Source: a virus
Strand: one strand, 5' to 3'
DNA: 64,000 bases
IMG/VR virus record: IMGVR_UViG_3300047157_000105
Span: 76,544-140,543 of that record
Positions 37,630-48,226 of this stretch are shown piece by piece (within the stretch, counting starts at the first letter, position 1; every line of letters starts with the position of its first letter). Below the pieces are notes generated by a model. It was not told the origin of the DNA. It was given only the letters and a program-made list of their open reading frames with translations, and made no database searches. A program made the translations under genes and the position numbers.

Positions 37630-38829
37630 ATGGCAAATACAGTTAACGTAACAACAGCAAATACCTTCGAGCAATGGAGAGTTAAAACTAATGAGCTTGG
37701 TACTGGTATTGGTGATCTAGATAAAGTAACTAATAGCGATATTGGTGCCACAACTATTGTAGGTGCTCTTGAGGCTCACCAAGGTATTGTTGCTGGTAGT
37801 GTAACAGTTGCAGGATCTACCATGACAGGTAACTTAGTCTTTAATGATAACGCGAAGGTTATACTTGGTACATCATCTGATGGCTTAGAGATATATCATG
37901 ATGGTTCACATTCATATATAGCAGACACAGGTACAGGTGATCTTAAATTTACAGCACCTACAGCTTATTTTTCTGCTAATGTCGATGTTGACGGTATATT
38001 AGAAGCTGATGCAATTACAGTTAACGGTGTTACTCTTGCTGAAACAATATCAGATACGGTTGGAGGAATGGTTGGTGGTAATACTGAAACAGGTATTGCA
38101 GTAACATATGAAGATAGTGATAATACATTAGATTTTGTATTAGCAGCAGCTCAAACAACGGTAACATCTCTTAAAAATGCTGCCTTAGTTATTGGTAGAG
38201 ATGCTGATAACGATATAGATTTTTCTACTGATAATAATATTATATTCAGAACTGGTGGTGCAGACCAAGTAAAATTAGAAGATGGTATATTACGACCTGT
38301 AACAGATAGTGATGTTGATTTAGGTGCAACAGGTGCAAGATTTAGAGATGCTTTTGTAGATAGTATTACTGTGACAGGTGAAGTTGACGCAGCTTCATTA
38401 GATATTAGTGGTAATGCTGATATTGATGGTACGTTAGAGGCTGATGCTATTACAGTTGGCGGTGTAACATTAGCAACAACTATTGCAACAACTGTTGGTG
38501 CTATGGTTGGAAGCAATACTGAATCTGGTATTAATGTAACATATGAAGCAAGTGATAATACACTTGACTTTGATGTTAACGACCCAGTTATTACATTAAC
38601 AGGAGCTGTAACAGGTTCTGCTACAATGACAAACTTAGGTTCAGTAAGTATAGCTACGACAGTTGCTTCATCTAGTGTTACTACTGATGATATAGCAGAT
38701 AATGCAGTCACACAAGCAAAGATGGCTGATGATTCAGTTGGATCTTCAGAGATGAAATCATTATCAACATTGTTAATAATTAATTCAGCTGGTGCAACTG
38801 TAAAGACATTACATGGCGCAGGTGCTTAA
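37630..38829 (+). CDS. Tail fibre / collar fibre protein
   Basis: NTFEQWRVKTN N-terminus; internal duplication (LEADAITV.GVTLA.TI..TVG.MVG.NTE.GI.VTYE.SDNTLDF twice). Confidence 0.65.
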   Translation: MANTVNVTTANTFEQWRVKTNELGTGIGDLDKVTNSDIGATTIVGALEAHQGIVAGSVTVAGSTMTGNLVFNDNAKVILGTSSDGLEIYHDGSHSYIADTGTGDLKFTAPTAYFSANVDVDGILEADAITVNGVTLAETISDTVGGMVGGNTETGIAVTYEDSDNTLDFVLAAAQTTVTSLKNAALVIGRDADNDIDFSTDNNIIFRTGGADQVKLEDGILRPVTDSDVDLGATGARFRDAFVDSITVTGEVDAASLDISGNADIDGTLEADAITVGGVTLATTIATTVGAMVGSNTESGINVTYEASDNTLDFDVNDPVITLTGAVTGSATMTNLGSVSIATTVASSSVTTDDIADNAVTQAKMADDSVGSSEMKSLSTLLIINSAGATVKTLHGAGA

Positions 38830-38863
38830 AACAAGAATTTTATAAATATAGGTATAGAGGAAA

Positions 38864-39202
38864 ATGGCAGTATATTCAGACTTAAGTATAGATCAAGGTT
38901 CAGACTTTTCAGCTGAGATAATTGTAGAAGATTCTACAGGAACAGTTGGAAATTTATCTGGATACACTGTTGCTGGGCAAATGAGAAAAACTTATACGTC
39001 CACAACAGCCACAAACTTTACTGCTGTGGTATCGAGTGCTACAAATGGGGTAGTCACGATATCACTAGGGAATTCGGTCACAAATTCATTGAAGGCTGGA
39101 AGGTATGTATATGATGTAGAGATAACCAAAACAAGTACTGGTGAGAAAACCAGAGTTGTTGAAGGTCAAGTAACAATTAACCCGGGAGTAACACAAATAT
39201 AA
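38864..39202 (+). CDS. Virion structural / fibre-attachment protein
   Basis: L.IDQG..F...L.GY....QMRK...GRYVYDVE...RVVEG...I.PGVT; late promoter at 38841-38848. Confidence 0.65.
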   Translation: MAVYSDLSIDQGSDFSAEIIVEDSTGTVGNLSGYTVAGQMRKTYTSTTATNFTAVVSSATNGVVTISLGNSVTNSLKAGRYVYDVEITKTSTGEKTRVVEGQVTINPGVTQI

Positions 39203-39444
39203 TGGCATTACAAGGAAAGATCACAGCAAATAGAGGATATCAGAGTGGTGGATCATCACAAAAGGTAATTGTAGCCAGAAATATGTCACTTACTGCAGGG
39301 CAGTCATTATCAGCTTTAACGGATGTAGATACAACTTCTAGAGGTGATGGTTCGATGATTATATGGGATGCAAGTTCTTCCACTTTTAAAGTGCAAGGAC
39401 AAATAGAAAACACAAATTTAAAAATAGTAGGCGGGAGTTTTTAA
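39202..39444 (+). CDS. Small fibre-associated protein
   Basis: L..L.DVD motif and C-terminal GGSF. Confidence 0.6.
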   Translation: MALQGKITANRGYQSGGSSQKVIVARNMSLTAGQSLSALTDVDTTSRGDGSMIIWDASSSTFKVQGQIENTNLKIVGGSF

Positions 39445-39493
39445 CAAATGAATTTTAACGCGCGCGCACAACACAAATTAATTAGGAGATAGT

Positions 39494-41206
39494 ATGTCAG
39501 GTACAGTAATTATTACTAAATATAGTACGAGCACCGGATCGCCGGCGTCTGATGCGTTAGCGGTAGGTGAACAGGCCTATTCATTTAATTCGGATAAGCT
39601 TTTTATAGGTGAAACAGTTGGTGGTGCTGTTGTAGCAAGAACGATTGGTGGTCAGCATTTCACCGATATGATGGACCATACTGCAGGAACGCTAACCGCG
39701 TCATCTGCAATTATAGTAGACGCGAATTCAAAGATTGATGTATTAAATGTTGATAACTTAACATTAAACGGCAATGCCATTACATCAACAAATACAAACG
39801 GTGATATTACAATCACACCAAACGGATCTGGTAAGGTTATCCTTGATGGTTTATCACATCCAACAGCGGATGGTTCTGCCAACCAATTCTTACAAACAGA
39901 CGGTTCAGGTAACTTATCATTTGCCACGGTTGTAAGTTCATTTAATATTGCTGCTGACTCTGGTTCAGCGGATACAGTAAATACTGGTGAGACATTAACA
40001 TATACTGGTGGTGAAGGTATTGATACAGCGGTATCAAATAATACTATCACAATTTCTGGTGAGGATGCAAGTACAACTAATAAGGGTGTTGCTTCATTTG
40101 CTACTGCTGACTTTGCGGTATCATCTGGTGCAGTAACAATTAAAGCGTTAGGTGTATCGAATGCACAACTTGCTGGATCAATTGCAAACGCTAAACTAGT
40201 AAATGATGGTATAACAATCGGTTCGACTGATACATCTCTTGGTGGTACAATTACTGCACTTCCTGGATTAACACAAGTTGTAGTTGATGATTTAACAATT
40301 GATGGTAGTGTTGTTTCAACAACTGCTGGTAATACAAACATATCACTCACTCCTCACGGAACAGGAACAGTAACGGTACCTTCTGGTTACCAAGGTCGCT
40401 CTGGATTTACTGCAGACTCACTTACTAATAAAGCATATGTTGATAGTGTTGCAAACGGATTAGATGTTAAAGCTTCAGTTCGTGTTGCTACAACCGCTAA
40501 CCTAACTGCTACATATTCAAATGGTGCTGGTACACTAACTAACTCAGGATCACAAGCTGCTATCGCAATTGATGGTGTTACTCTTGTTGCAAATGATAGA
40601 GTTCTTGTTAAAAACCAGTCAACTGCTGCTCAAAACGGTTTCTATAAGGTAACAACTGTTGGTTCTGGTTCAGCGAACTGGGTACTTACAAGAACACCGG
40701 ATGCTGATGCTGCTTCTGAATTAACTGCAGGTGCATTTACATTTGCTGAAGAGGGTACAGCCAACGGTGACAATGGTTATGTTCTAAGTACAAATGGTGC
40801 GGTTACTCTTGGTACAACTGCTATTACATTCGAACAATTCTCTGGTGCTGGTCAAATCACTGCTGGAAATGGTTTAACGAAGAGTGGTAATACAATTGAT
40901 GCGGTAGGTACAGCAAATCGTATTGCTGTTGCTGCTGATACAATCGATATTGCATCAACTTACGTTGGTCAAACATCACTTACTACATTAGGTACAATCG
41001 CTACTGGTACATGGGCAGCAACTGATGTTGCGGTGGCTCATGGTGGTACAGGTTTAAGTTCATTCACTGGTAAGGGTGTTATGATTGCAAATGATGCTGG
41101 TACAGCGATGTCATTTGTTACTGGTAGTTCACAATATCACGTGCTTGGGTTCAACTCATCGGGTGTTCCTACAGCAACTACTACTATCGACGGCGGTACG
41201 TTCTAA
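39494..41206 (+). CDS. Tail fibre protein
   Basis: NKAYVD...GLDVKASVRVATT...DRVLVKNQ....QNG.Y fibre domain and C-terminal IDGGTF. Confidence 0.75.
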   Translation: MSGTVIITKYSTSTGSPASDALAVGEQAYSFNSDKLFIGETVGGAVVARTIGGQHFTDMMDHTAGTLTASSAIIVDANSKIDVLNVDNLTLNGNAITSTNTNGDITITPNGSGKVILDGLSHPTADGSANQFLQTDGSGNLSFATVVSSFNIAADSGSADTVNTGETLTYTGGEGIDTAVSNNTITISGEDASTTNKGVASFATADFAVSSGAVTIKALGVSNAQLAGSIANAKLVNDGITIGSTDTSLGGTITALPGLTQVVVDDLTIDGSVVSTTAGNTNISLTPHGTGTVTVPSGYQGRSGFTADSLTNKAYVDSVANGLDVKASVRVATTANLTATYSNGAGTLTNSGSQAAIAIDGVTLVANDRVLVKNQSTAAQNGFYKVTTVGSGSANWVLTRTPDADAASELTAGAFTFAEEGTANGDNGYVLSTNGAVTLGTTAITFEQFSGAGQITAGNGLTKSGNTIDAVGTANRIAVAADTIDIASTYVGQTSLTTLGTIATGTWAATDVAVAHGGTGLSSFTGKGVMIANDAGTAMSFVTGSSQYHVLGFNSSGVPTATTTIDGGTF

Positions 41207-41225
41207 AATTTCTACAAATACAACT

Positions 41226-41251
41226 AAACCCCCTTCATTGGGGGTTTTTTT
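41226..41251 (+). terminator. Intrinsic terminator
   Basis: AAACCCCC-TTCATT-GGGGG followed by T7; a late promoter (TATAAATA 41255-41262) follows immediately. Confidence 0.85.
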
Positions 41252-41316
41252 ACGTATAAATAAACATAAGATGGTGAGTATATACTCGCTATGAAAAATT
41301 ATAGGATACCATAAAT

Positions 41317-42429
41317 ATGGCTGGAACAGTAGTAAAAATCAAGCAATCGGCGGTTGCGGGAAGACTCCCTACGCACAACACCGGAAATGCAACTGACATT
41401 GCTCAAGGCGAATTAGCCTTAAACACCGCAGATCAAATACTATATTCGAAAGATGGATCAGGTACTATCTTTCAAATTGGTGGTTCATCAGGTGGAGCAG
41501 CGGGTGCTAATGAGATAATCACTACAGATTTCACCGCCACAAACGCACAAACTACATTCTCGGTATCATATAATTCAATTAACGATCATGTTAACGTATA
41601 TTATAATGGTGTAAAACTATCTCCAGATGAATATACGGCAACAAGCGGAAACTCAGTTGTATTAGATGTTGGTGCTGTTACAGGTTCTACCATATCAATT
41701 GAGGTTATTAAAGCTTTATCACTTGCTAGTGGTTCAGATATTACTGACCACGAATTCACTGCCACGGCCAGCCAAACTACATTTACTATTTCAGGTGGTT
41801 ATAATGCATCAAATAGTATACTTGATGTGTATGTTAACGGTGTTAAAATACCTGCCGCAGATTATACAGCTAATAACGGAACAACGGTTGTATTAGGTAC
41901 TGCCGCAGCGGTAAATGATCAGGTAACAGTAAAAGTTATTAAAGTTGCCGTTGTTACAGATACAGTAAGTCAATCTTCAGAAACTGGTTCTGCTATTATG
42001 CCATCAGGCACAACAGCACAAAGAGATTCATCTCCATCAGCTGGTTATTTAAGATGGAATACAACGATTGGTCAATTAGAAGTATATAGCGGATCATCAT
42101 GGGCTGACGTCAATCAAATGACAGATGGTGAGATTAAGGCTGCATACGAAAACAACTCGAATACAAATGCATACACAGATGCAGAGAAAACAAAACTATC
42201 AGGAATAGAGACAAGCGCTGATGTAACAGATGCAACTAATGTTGCTGCAGCTGGTGCGGTTATGGAAGCTGATGCAACAACCGCTGCGATGAGTTTTGTC
42301 GTTGATGAAGATAATATGGCAAGTAACTCAGCAACTAAACTAGCAACACAGCAAAGCATTAAGGCATATGTTGATGCACAAATTCAAACGGTACCAGATG
42401 CAGTTGCGATGTCAATTGCGCTAGGATAA
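41317..42429 (+). CDS. Tail fibre / structural protein
   Basis: GELALNTAD, two FTAT..QTTF...VY.NGVK repeats, PSGTTAQR and C-terminal AMSIALG. Confidence 0.7.
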   Translation: MAGTVVKIKQSAVAGRLPTHNTGNATDIAQGELALNTADQILYSKDGSGTIFQIGGSSGGAAGANEIITTDFTATNAQTTFSVSYNSINDHVNVYYNGVKLSPDEYTATSGNSVVLDVGAVTGSTISIEVIKALSLASGSDITDHEFTATASQTTFTISGGYNASNSILDVYVNGVKIPAADYTANNGTTVVLGTAAAVNDQVTVKVIKVAVVTDTVSQSSETGSAIMPSGTTAQRDSSPSAGYLRWNTTIGQLEVYSGSSWADVNQMTDGEIKAAYENNSNTNAYTDAEKTKLSGIETSADVTDATNVAAAGAVMEADATTAAMSFVVDEDNMASNSATKLATQQSIKAYVDAQIQTVPDAVAMSIALG

Positions 42430-42446
42430 TATAAATAGGATAAGAT

Positions 42447-42797
42447 ATGGCAAATACATTTAAATTAAAGACAAAATCAGGAGTGAATGGAGCTGCACTT
42501 AGTACTGTTTATACGGTACCAAGTTCTACTACTTCGGTTATTATCGGATTAACAATATCAAACATTAAAGGACAGTCAATTACAACTGATGCTCAAATTG
42601 TAACTGCCTCATCAAGTGGTGAGAATGCTGATGATGTTTATATTATAAAAGATGCTCCATTACCGGCAGGGTCATCATTAGAAGTAATGTCAGGTAATAA
42701 GATTATTTTGCAAACAGGTGATGTCGTAAAAGCTGGTGGATCTAATTCATCAGGAGCAGATGCAGATGTAATACTTAGTATAATGGAGATAACATAA
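42447..42797 (+). CDS. Small fibre-associated beta protein
   Basis: MANTFK...YTVP...KIILQTGD...SIMEIT; late promoter at 42430-42437. Confidence 0.65.
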   Translation: MANTFKLKTKSGVNGAALSTVYTVPSSTTSVIIGLTISNIKGQSITTDAQIVTASSSGENADDVYIIKDAPLPAGSSLEVMSGNKIILQTGDVVKAGGSNSSGADADVILSIMEIT

Positions 42798-42798
42798 T

Positions 42799-43278
42799 AT
42801 GGCGTATTTAGGTCGTTCACCTTCTAATGTACCAATAACTTCGAGTGATATACCAGATAATTCTATCACCGCAGCAAAGATCCTTGATGGCGTAATCACA
42901 CCACAAGATCTATCGACTGGAGCTGTAACTACAGCGAAGTTAGCAGCGGACGCTGTTGATGGTACAAAGATTGCAGATAATGCAATTGGTATTGAACATA
43001 TAGAACCAAATTCTGTTGGTGTCTCTGAGTTAAATCTAAGTGACGGTACAGCAAATCAGTATTTAAAAACTGATGGTGCTGGTAATATATCATTTGCATC
43101 TATATCAAGTGGTGCAACAGGTGGTGGTACTGATGCTGTATTTGTTCAGAATTCACAAGCTGTTACTACAGACTATACAGTACCAAGTGGTAAGAGTGCT
43201 TCTTCTACTGGTCCAATAACATTAAATGCAGGTGTTGATATTACATTATCTGCAGGTTCAAGGTGGGTAATCCTATGA
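42799..43278 (+). CDS. Fibre module gene (MAYLG N-terminus; GPI...W.I C-terminal module)
   Basis: Pentapeptide ITAAK repeats; C-terminal module shared with four other genes. Confidence 0.65.
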   Translation: MAYLGRSPSNVPITSSDIPDNSITAAKILDGVITPQDLSTGAVTTAKLAADAVDGTKIADNAIGIEHIEPNSVGVSELNLSDGTANQYLKTDGAGNISFASISSGATGGGTDAVFVQNSQAVTTDYTVPSGKSASSTGPITLNAGVDITLSAGSRWVIL

Positions 43279-43994
43279 GTACATTAAAATTAAGCGGTGT
43301 AACAAGTGGTTCAAGTATAATTAAAGCTCCTGACTCAGGATCTACTGGTGTTACATTTACATTACCAGCAAGTGCAGGAACATTAGCAAAGACTACAGAT
43401 ATAACAGGTGGGGCAAATGGTGTTGATTTTAACGATAATGTTAAGGCTAGATTTGGTACTGGTAACGACTTAGAAATATATCACGATGGTTCTAATAGTT
43501 ATATTGATGATACAGGAACTGGCGATTTAAGAATTAAAGGTGCTAATGATTTATTAATACAATCGTCAACAGGCGAAAATATGATTAAGTGTGTTAAAGA
43601 TGCACAAGTAAATCTATACTACGACAATGTAAAAAAATTTAATACAACTGCTACTGGTATTACTATTGCTGGTGATGTGGATGGTGCTGATAATTTGGTT
43701 GAGCAGGTGGCTTCAGGTTCTACGGCAGCATTATCACACGATGGTACAGCATCAGCTACTGTATATACAGTCACAGGCACACATAGTACATATTTAGTTA
43801 CTGCATCAGCAAATAGTTCTATAACTAATGTAGTTGCGCTTGTTAGTATAGGAACTTCTACAAGCACTATGAGAATTACTAATTTAAGTGGTTCTTACAA
43901 CACAACGGTAACAGGCTCAGGCTCTAATATTCAAGTAACGTGTGGATTTGGTTCAAGCCTTGTTTACCAATATAGAGTAATTCAATTAAGATAG
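43275..43994 (+). CDS. Tail fibre module protein
   Basis: MSTLKL...TLP N-terminus; DNVKARFGTGNDLEIYHDGSNSYI domain; coupled ATG 43275. Confidence 0.65.
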   Translation: MSTLKLSGVTSGSSIIKAPDSGSTGVTFTLPASAGTLAKTTDITGGANGVDFNDNVKARFGTGNDLEIYHDGSNSYIDDTGTGDLRIKGANDLLIQSSTGENMIKCVKDAQVNLYYDNVKKFNTTATGITIAGDVDGADNLVEQVASGSTAALSHDGTASATVYTVTGTHSTYLVTASANSSITNVVALVSIGTSTSTMRITNLSGSYNTTVTGSGSNIQVTCGFGSSLVYQYRVIQLR

Positions 43995-44006
43995 GAAATT
44001 ATTATT

Positions 44007-44285
44007 ATGACTACAAAAATTTATCCATTAAACGATACAGAATATCAAAGTATAACAGAATCTGAAAATGGAAACACGTACGAAGTTGTCACTGCTATTC
44101 CTGAAGGGGCTACTGTTTTTAGTAGTCTTGCAGATTACACAGCAAAAACTCAATATTCAAGATTACGCAAAGCTAAATACGATCTACTTAATCAAGATGA
44201 GATGCGGTACGATGATTTAGTAAATGGGACAACAACGTGGAAAGATGCTATCGCATCAATTAAAAATGAGTTTCCAAAACCATAG
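44007..44285 (+). CDS. Putative fibre assembly chaperone / partner
   Basis: Y.R.R..KY...Q...W...I..IK..FPKP family, four copies in the window. Confidence 0.55.
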   Translation: MTTKIYPLNDTEYQSITESENGNTYEVVTAIPEGATVFSSLADYTAKTQYSRLRKAKYDLLNQDEMRYDDLVNGTTTWKDAIASIKNEFPKP

Positions 44286-44290
44286 GAGTA
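44267..44290 (+). repeat. 24-nt direct repeat spanning a gene junction, copy 1 (copy 2 at 60720-60743)
   Basis: TGAGTTTCCAAAACCATAGGAGTA is identical in both copies and covers a stop codon plus the next SD. Confidence 0.85.
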
Positions 44291-44294
44291 ATAA

Positions 44295-45734
44295 ATGGCA
44301 ATAGTATTTGATTCAGACGCAGGCACAATAACAGGAATATCAGTTGGTGGTTTACCTGATGGAGTAGTAGATGCTGGAACACTAGCTACTGACTCAGTAA
44401 CCGCAGCTAAGATTGCAGCGAATGCTGTAGTAACTGGGAAGATTGCAGATGATGCAGTAGATTTTGTAACAATAAGAAATGATATAGCAAGCTTAGCATT
44501 GCATTCAGCAGTAGCAGATAACAAAGCTGCTTACAATCTTCCTAACTCTTTTATAGATCAATTTGAAAATGATACGGGGCTTGCTACACAAACAGATGTC
44601 AATAGAAATGCTAGTGAATATGTAATTCCAGTAGCAACTTCAGCAGCAGCAGCTTTTACAAGTGATTCAAATACTTTAGCATTATTGCATTTTGATGGAG
44701 GTAATAATTCAACAACAATTACAGATAGTTCTTCACACAGTAGAACTATAACTAGAACTGTAACTGAAGGAGCTCGCCCAAAACTAGATACAGGTGAAAA
44801 GAAATTTGGAACAGCTGCTTGTCAATTTGGTTCTGTAACAGCTACTTATGGTACACACGGAAATGCTTTATCAATGGGAGATAGTTCTCATTGGAATTTT
44901 AGTACTAACGAATTTACATTTGAAACTTGGATATACCCTTATTCAGGTCAACTCACTGCTGCTGCCAATGATTGGCCGATGGAATTAGGAGGACAAGCTA
45001 CTTCAAATACTTCAGATAGTAGTGGAGGAATGCATTGGACTGTATTGCAGAATGGCAAAGTACAATTTAACTGTTATAGGAGAAATGGTTCTAGTAGTGG
45101 AGATGATTTTACATTTACTAGCTCAGGCTCTATTTCTGAAGGTGAATGGTCTCATGTTGCAATTACAAGAGATGGTAATGTATTAAGACATTATATAAAT
45201 GGTGTAGCAAGTGGTTCACATACACTATCTACTGTTTCGGGAGGATATCACCTTCATGTTACTGATTTTGGTGGTGATTTTTGGATAAGTAGAAGAGCTT
45301 ATAATAGTAATTATGGTTATATTGGTGGGCTGCTTGATGAATATAGACTATCAAATACTTGTCGTTATCCGAACGGAACAACTTTTACTCCAAACACAAC
45401 ACAAACAATAGGTGCAACTGGAACATTAATATCAACAGTACAAACTGCTAGTTCTGCTCAAACAAAAGTAAGTGGAGTTATTCTTTATAAAAATAATGCA
45501 GGCACAGCAACACTAGGAACAGATTTAAAAGTTTATTTTACTTGTAATAATGGGACTAATTGGACTGAAAGTACACCAGTAGCATCTGGAACATTTAGTA
45601 CTGGAATCTTAATGGCAAAATGTCCTGAGGTAACTTGTACAAGTGGAACTGATGTTAGGTATAAAGTTGTATGGGCAAATCAATCAGCAGGTTCTAAAGA
45701 AACACAACTTCATGGCATAGCAATGAATTATTAA
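44295..45734 (+). CDS. Fibre/adhesin with a LamG (ConA-like lectin) domain
   Basis: LLHFDG...FTFETWIY...WSHVAITR...YING...LDEYRLS...RY. Confidence 0.75.
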   Translation: MAIVFDSDAGTITGISVGGLPDGVVDAGTLATDSVTAAKIAANAVVTGKIADDAVDFVTIRNDIASLALHSAVADNKAAYNLPNSFIDQFENDTGLATQTDVNRNASEYVIPVATSAAAAFTSDSNTLALLHFDGGNNSTTITDSSSHSRTITRTVTEGARPKLDTGEKKFGTAACQFGSVTATYGTHGNALSMGDSSHWNFSTNEFTFETWIYPYSGQLTAAANDWPMELGGQATSNTSDSSGGMHWTVLQNGKVQFNCYRRNGSSSGDDFTFTSSGSISEGEWSHVAITRDGNVLRHYINGVASGSHTLSTVSGGYHLHVTDFGGDFWISRRAYNSNYGYIGGLLDEYRLSNTCRYPNGTTFTPNTTQTIGATGTLISTVQTASSAQTKVSGVILYKNNAGTATLGTDLKVYFTCNNGTNWTESTPVASGTFSTGILMAKCPEVTCTSGTDVRYKVVWANQSAGSKETQLHGIAMNY

Positions 45735-45745
45735 AGGAGTTATAG

Positions 45746-46525
45746 ATGAGTGATATAAAAATACAACCGAGTGCAACAGGATCAGCAACAGTAACACTAA
45801 CTGCACCTGCTACAGGTACAGCACGTACTGTTACATTACCTGATGGAACAGGTAGTCTTATTGCTGATAACGGTAGCGGTAGCGTAGGTATAGGCACAAG
45901 CAGCCCAGCTAGACCATTAGAAGTTAAAGACAGCTCTGACCAGGCCAATATAAGATTACAAGGATCTGTAGGATACTGTGATTTAAGTGGTAATGGCGGC
46001 AATGGCTCAGATTTTGTAGTTCTTACAGAAGGAACAGAAAAATTTAGAGTTAAAGAATCAGGTGGAGTTAGAGCAACTGATGGAATATTATTTGGCACAG
46101 ACACAGCAGCAGCCAATGCTTTAGACGATTATGAGGAAGGCACTTGGACTCCTGTACTTACTGATTTAACTAATAACGCAACTATGCATTCTCTTAATGC
46201 TGGTGTTTATACAAAGATTGGGCGAGTAGTTCATTGTACAGCAAATGTTAGAACTACAAGTTTAGGTTCTGTTTCAGGAAACTTATATCTTTCAGGATTT
46301 CCATTTTCCACACCAAATACAAATGGTAATCACGGAGCTGGTTCAGTAGCAAATGCAGAAAATATGTCTATAACTGCTGGTCACGCTATAACTTTATATT
46401 ATGGTAAAAATAGTAATAGTGCTCGTTTTGATATTTATGACCACTCTGGGGGAGTTACTGTATTGCAAGCTAGTGAATGGACATCTGATGGTCAAGCAAC
46501 AATTCAGGTTACATATTCAACTTAA
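45746..46525 (+). CDS. Tail fibre module protein
   Basis: VGIGTSSP, ALDDYEEGTWTP, YTKIGRVV and LSGFPF. Confidence 0.7.
   Translation: MSDIKIQPSATGSATVTLTAPATGTARTVTLPDGTGSLIADNGSGSVGIGTSSPARPLEVKDSSDQANIRLQGSVGYCDLSGNGGNGSDFVVLTEGTEKFRVKESGGVRATDGILFGTDTAAANALDDYEEGTWTPVLTDLTNNATMHSLNAGVYTKIGRVVHCTANVRTTSLGSVSGNLYLSGFPFSTPNTNGNHGAGSVANAENMSITAGHAITLYYGKNSNSARFDIYDHSGGVTVLQASEWTSDGQATIQVTYST
46100..46152 (+). repeat. 53-nt dispersed direct repeat, copy 1 (copy 2 at 63837-63889)
   Basis: GACACAGCAGCAGCCAATGCTTTAGACGATTATGAGGAAGG(c/t)ACTTGGACTCC with one mismatch. Confidence 0.9.
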
Positions 46526-46546
46526 TTATTAATAACAGGATAACAT

Positions 46547-48217
46547 ATGAGTAACACAAGAAATTTAGCAGACTTATTAGATAGTGGTGGTGACATTAAG
46601 TCATCAGCTTTAGATAATGTACCAGCTACAGATATATCAGGTAAGTTAAATTTAACTGGTGGTACACTAACTGGTACACTCACCATGGAATCTACAGATG
46701 CAGGAAATTCAGCTGCACCTGAACTAATACTATATAGAAATAGTGCAAGCCCTGCTAATGGAGATTACTTAGGGCAAGTTCAGTTTAAAGGTGAAAACGC
46801 TAATGGTGCACAAGAGATATATGCTAAGGTTACTGGTAAAATTTCAGATCCAACACATAACTCAGAAGATGGTTTAATTGAAACTGCAATTAAAGGTGAT
46901 GGTTCTTTCACAATTGTTAGTAGACAAAAATCAGATGAATTACAACTTTTAAATGGTGTTAACTTAAATGTAGATGGTAATATTGTTGTAGGTGGTACGG
47001 TTGATGGAGTAGATATACAAACTCTAAATACTACTGCGGGTGCAGCTCTACCTAAAGCTGGTGGCACTATGACAAACAACTTAACTCTAGCAGATAGTGT
47101 CAGGTTAAATGTTGGAACTAGTGCTGACTTAAAAATACATCACACAAGTGGTAATAGTTTTATTGAAGATTCTGGTACAGGTCAATTATTTATAAAAGCA
47201 TCAGCAATTGATTTTCAAAATGCTGGTGGTACTGAAAGTCTGGCTCAAATGGTAGTAGATGGTGCAGTAAATTTATTTTACAATGGCACTAAGAAACTTG
47301 AAACAACTTCTGCTGGAATTACTGCACAAGGTAGATTAGAAATACAAACACCAAATGATGGTAATACACATTTAGTACAAAGAATGGGTAGTACAGCTGG
47401 TTCTTATGGATATGTAGATCTTGAATTAGTCAGTCCAAACAGCACAGCTGCCGGTTTACCAAGATTAGATTTGCAAATTGGAAATACCACAGTTGCTTCT
47501 TTTTTAAGAGGTGGTGGTATGACGGTAACAGGCACTACCAGAATGAATGGTCCAGGACAAACTGGTGGACCAGCTTCATCAGGCACAACGCAAGTAAACA
47601 CAGTTGCAGAGTTTTCAGGTGCTGGAAATGGAAGGCTTTATATTGGTACTGATACTTCTAGTAATCGTATGTGGTTTCAGAACTCTAATCCGGGTTCTTT
47701 AGATATTGGTTATGATATACATTTTCAACCAAATGGTGGATTTGTTAAAATTGCAAACTTTTCTGCAACAGGTGCTTCAGCTGGTGCTGATTTTAATAGT
47801 GAAGGAAAACTTACTATAAGTGCTAATACATCTAGCTCAAAAAATCTAATTGGTTTTTATAATACTAATGTAAATGTTGGTAATATTATAGCTTCGGGTA
47901 GTTCTACTTCTTATAGCACTTCTTCAGACTATAGACTTAAAGAGAATGTTGAAGATATGGCAAATGCTACAACAAGACTTAAACAATTAAAACCAAAAAG
48001 ATTTAATTTTATAGCTGACGATACTAATACATTAGTAGATGGTTTTATAGCACACGAAGTATCAACCATTGTACCTGAAGCTATTAGTGGTACTAAAGAT
48101 GAAGTTGATGATGATGGAAATGCTATACATCAAGGCATAGACCAAGCAAAACTTGTACCTTTATTAGTTAAAACAATTCAAGAGCTTGAAGCAAGAATAA
48201 CAACATTGGAAGCATAG
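46547..48217 (+). CDS. Tail fibre with C-terminal intramolecular chaperone (peptidase S74-like)
   Basis: TSSDYRLKENV...GFIAHEV...LVPLLVKTIQEL. Confidence 0.82.
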   Translation: MSNTRNLADLLDSGGDIKSSALDNVPATDISGKLNLTGGTLTGTLTMESTDAGNSAAPELILYRNSASPANGDYLGQVQFKGENANGAQEIYAKVTGKISDPTHNSEDGLIETAIKGDGSFTIVSRQKSDELQLLNGVNLNVDGNIVVGGTVDGVDIQTLNTTAGAALPKAGGTMTNNLTLADSVRLNVGTSADLKIHHTSGNSFIEDSGTGQLFIKASAIDFQNAGGTESLAQMVVDGAVNLFYNGTKKLETTSAGITAQGRLEIQTPNDGNTHLVQRMGSTAGSYGYVDLELVSPNSTAAGLPRLDLQIGNTTVASFLRGGGMTVTGTTRMNGPGQTGGPASSGTTQVNTVAEFSGAGNGRLYIGTDTSSNRMWFQNSNPGSLDIGYDIHFQPNGGFVKIANFSATGASAGADFNSEGKLTISANTSSSKNLIGFYNTNVNVGNIIASGSSTSYSTSSDYRLKENVEDMANATTRLKQLKPKRFNFIADDTNTLVDGFIAHEVSTIVPEAISGTKDEVDDDGNAIHQGIDQAKLVPLLVKTIQELEARITTLEA

Positions 48218-48226
48218 GAGATATAA

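Noticed and set aside
41276-41287. Perfect palindrome GAGTATATACTC as an operator
   Set aside because: It is a single occurrence and is adequately explained as a 5' leader hairpin of the late transcript.
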